Source: an uncultured Pseudomonadota bacterium (GTDB lineage: Bacteria; Myxococcota_A; Polyangia; Fen-1088). From it: a stretch of 64,000 nt of DNA. The notes under the pieces were generated by a model. It was not told where the DNA came from. It made no database searches and worked only from the letters and a program-made list of their open reading frames with translations. The DNA lies in NCBI GenBank assembly GCA_963847705.1, contig CAWKBC010000034.1, forward strand, positions 128,001 to 192,000. Reading direction: 5' to 3'. Each line of letters starts with the position of its first letter. Position 1 is the first letter of the stretch. Below are positions 62,214 through 64,000 of this stretch, piece by piece. A program made the position numbers and the translations under genes.

Positions 62214-64000
62214 TCATTCACCAATGTCCAGATCGCGGTCGCGGGCGCCGGACCGCAGCACGGTCAAAGCCGACGGTGGCGCCAGCGCCGAATCGCCGAG
62301 GAGGGTGCGGAGCCGGCCGACCGCGTCGTCTCGTTCGGCCAGATTCGCAGAGGGATCGTAGTCGGCGGCGAGCCCGTCGCCCGGGGAGGCGTCGGGCGCG
62401 ACCAGGCGGCGCAGGCTGCGCCAGGCCAGGTGCCGCACCGCCGGGGTGCGATCCTGCGCCATGACGTCGAGCAGCGCTCCGACGCGACGCGCCCGGGCAC
62501 CGGGGTCGATCAGGGGAGCTCGGCCGAGCGCATCGGCCGCCGCTGCGCGTGCCACCGGCGGACCTCCGAACAGCGCCTCCAACGGCGACGTTCCCGCCGG
62601 AACCGGGGCGCCCGGCGCGAAGCGCGCCCCACCCCACAGCCTCCGGGCAGCCGCCTCGGCCCAGGCGGCCGTCCGCTCGACGTGGCAGGTGGTACAAGCG
62701 TCGGGGCGTCCGGCGGCGGCGGCCCGGGCCGGGTCGGGAACCTCGATCCGGTGGCTGCGGTGCACGTCGAGCACCCCGTAGACGATCCGGGGCATGTGGC
62801 AGGAGACGCAATGGATGCCGCCCCCTTCGCCCCCTGCCCCCACCTGTCCCCCTTGGCCCGCCCCATCGTGGTGCGCGTGGAGCCGCGCCGCCTCCGGGGT
62901 CGCCAGCGCCGGGTGGCAGGTGGTGCACATCGAGCTCGACGTCTTCCCCCCGGCCTTGCTCCCGAACCGCGCCCGGATCTGCCCGCGCGGATCGCCCTCG
63001 TGCATGCCATGGCAGCTGATGCAGGTGAGCGGCCCCTGCATCGTGCAGGGCGATTGCAAGAGCCCCTGGTATTCGTACGCGGTGAGGCGCGGCGTGCCGT
63101 CGTCCCAGAAGCGCGCCGCGAAGGCCTGGCGATCGCCGTGCATAGGCGTGTCGCGCCAGAGCGGCGCGCTCTCGATCGCCAGATCGTCGCCGGGAACGAA
63201 GGGATCGCCGTGCTCGAGCAGCGGTTCGAGCTGATCGGCGATCCGCTGGCCGTGGCAGCGACCGCAGAGATCGGCGGCGCGCTCCGGCGACAGGCGCGAC
63301 GGGTTCACGATGGTCGGGTCGGCGCCGCCGTTCACCTGCAGCGCCCAGCGGCGCAGCGGATTGCCGTTGCGCGCCACGTGCTCGGCGCCCGGGCCGTGAC
63401 AGGCCTCGCAGGCGATGCCCAGCTCGGCGACGGAGGTGGCGAACCGCCCGCTGGCGGGATCGCGCGCCGGGTTGGGCGCGACGTTGTGGCAAAAGACGCA
63501 GTTGTCGTTCCAGCGGGTGACGTGCCGATCGAAGTCGCCCCCACCGAACACGGGCCGCCCGGTCGGCGCCGCTGCGAGATCGCCGGAACGATCGGAAGAC
63601 CGATCGGAAACCGGATCGGAGAATAGAAACGCGCCGGTCATCGGGAACCAGCGCCGCTCCTCGACCTGCCAGGCGACGGGCAGCCGCCAGTAGGTGTCGC
63701 CCTCGCGGGCCAGGTACTGCTGGTAGCGGCGCGACCCGACGGTGCGGACGACGTCGACCGTCCGGGGCGGCGCCCCCGCCGAGGTGAACGTCATCTGATA
63801 TCCGCCCTGCGCATCGCGCGCCATCCGGGTGGTGACGCCGGCTTGCCGCAGGGTCGCGCCCGAAAAATCGCCGCGGACACTGTCCGGGGTCGCTTCCGCC
63901 GTCATGCTCCGGTGGAACGTCCGGTGCCAGCTGGCGTAATGGTCTTCGTGACAGCGGCGGCAGGCGAGCGAGCCGACGTACCCGCCGCCGTGCAGATCGC
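62214..64000 (-). CDS. Multiheme c-type cytochrome (c554/c552-like) with C-terminal HEAT-like region; 5' end outside window
   Basis: Eight CxxCH motifs visible (CRRCH, CVFCH, CEACH, CGRCH, CISCH, CTTCH, CVSCH, CTTCH); YVGSLAC..CH...Y.SW..H..M; YQQYL. Confidence 0.9.
   Translation of the reverse strand, partial: DLHGGGYVGSLACRRCHEDHYASWHRTFHRSMTAEATPDSVRGDFSGATLRQAGVTTRMARDAQGGYQMTFTSAGAPPRTVDVVRTVGSRRYQQYLAREGDTYWRLPVAWQVEERRWFPMTGAFLFSDPVSDRSSDRSGDLAAAPTGRPVFGGGDFDRHVTRWNDNCVFCHNVAPNPARDPASGRFATSVAELGIACEACHGPGAEHVARNGNPLRRWALQVNGGADPTIVNPSRLSPERAADLCGRCHGQRIADQLEPLLEHGDPFVPGDDLAIESAPLWRDTPMHGDRQAFAARFWDDGTPRLTAYEYQGLLQSPCTMQGPLTCISCHGMHEGDPRGQIRARFGSKAGGKTSSSMCTTCHPALATPEAARLHAHHDGAGQGGQVGAGGEGGGIHCVSCHMPRIVYGVLDVHRSHRIEVPDPARAAAAGRPDACTTCHVERTAAWAEAAARRLWGGARFAPGAPVPAGTSPLEALFGGPPVARAAAADALGRAPLIDPGARARRVGALLDVMAQDRTPAVRHLAWRSLRRLVAPDASPGDGLAADYDPSANLAERDDAVGRLRTLLGDSALAPPSALTVLRSGARDRDLDIGE

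Noticed and set aside
55850-62464. Very long + strand ORFs (1052 aa and 1067 aa)
   Set aside because: Antisense shadows of sppA and the kinase, expected at this GC content; only the last ~209 codons of the first (SCP2) look like a real protein.

Overview
High-GC (roughly 70% by eye) bacterial chromosome segment. The gene content points to a myxobacterium (Myxococcota, probably Polyangia-like): Cys-rich and vWA lipoproteins, TPR-signal peptide proteins, DUF4388, a dual Ser/Thr kinase, a LacI-domain hybrid kinase and a long SppA. All calls come from reading motifs by eye; no database searches were run. Recognisable genes include pgk, ltaE, an rpoD paralog, a divergent tgt, msrA, sppA, a GH11 xylanase, an S8 protease, a glycosyltransferase cluster, hipBA and tRNA-Pro(UGG). 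Five items stand out. (1) A frameshifted surface lipoprotein has a duplicated Cys-rich stalk ending in three tandem domains that resemble phage tail receptor-binding heads. (2) An integrase-less, decaying ~11.5 kb island lies between tRNA-Pro and a degenerate copy of its 3' half, with an intact hipBA at the tRNA junction. (3) Two tandem secreted Lys/Gly(/Met)-rich peptides head a cytochrome b-MsrP-like-MsrA locus that has an ECF16-type promoter. (4) A Zn-ribbon protein is translationally coupled to an RpoD paralog with an altered region-4 activator surface. (5) A divergent Tgt coupled to an MnmD-like methyltransferase sits between glycosyltransferases. No rRNA, CRISPR array, transposase or integrase was seen.
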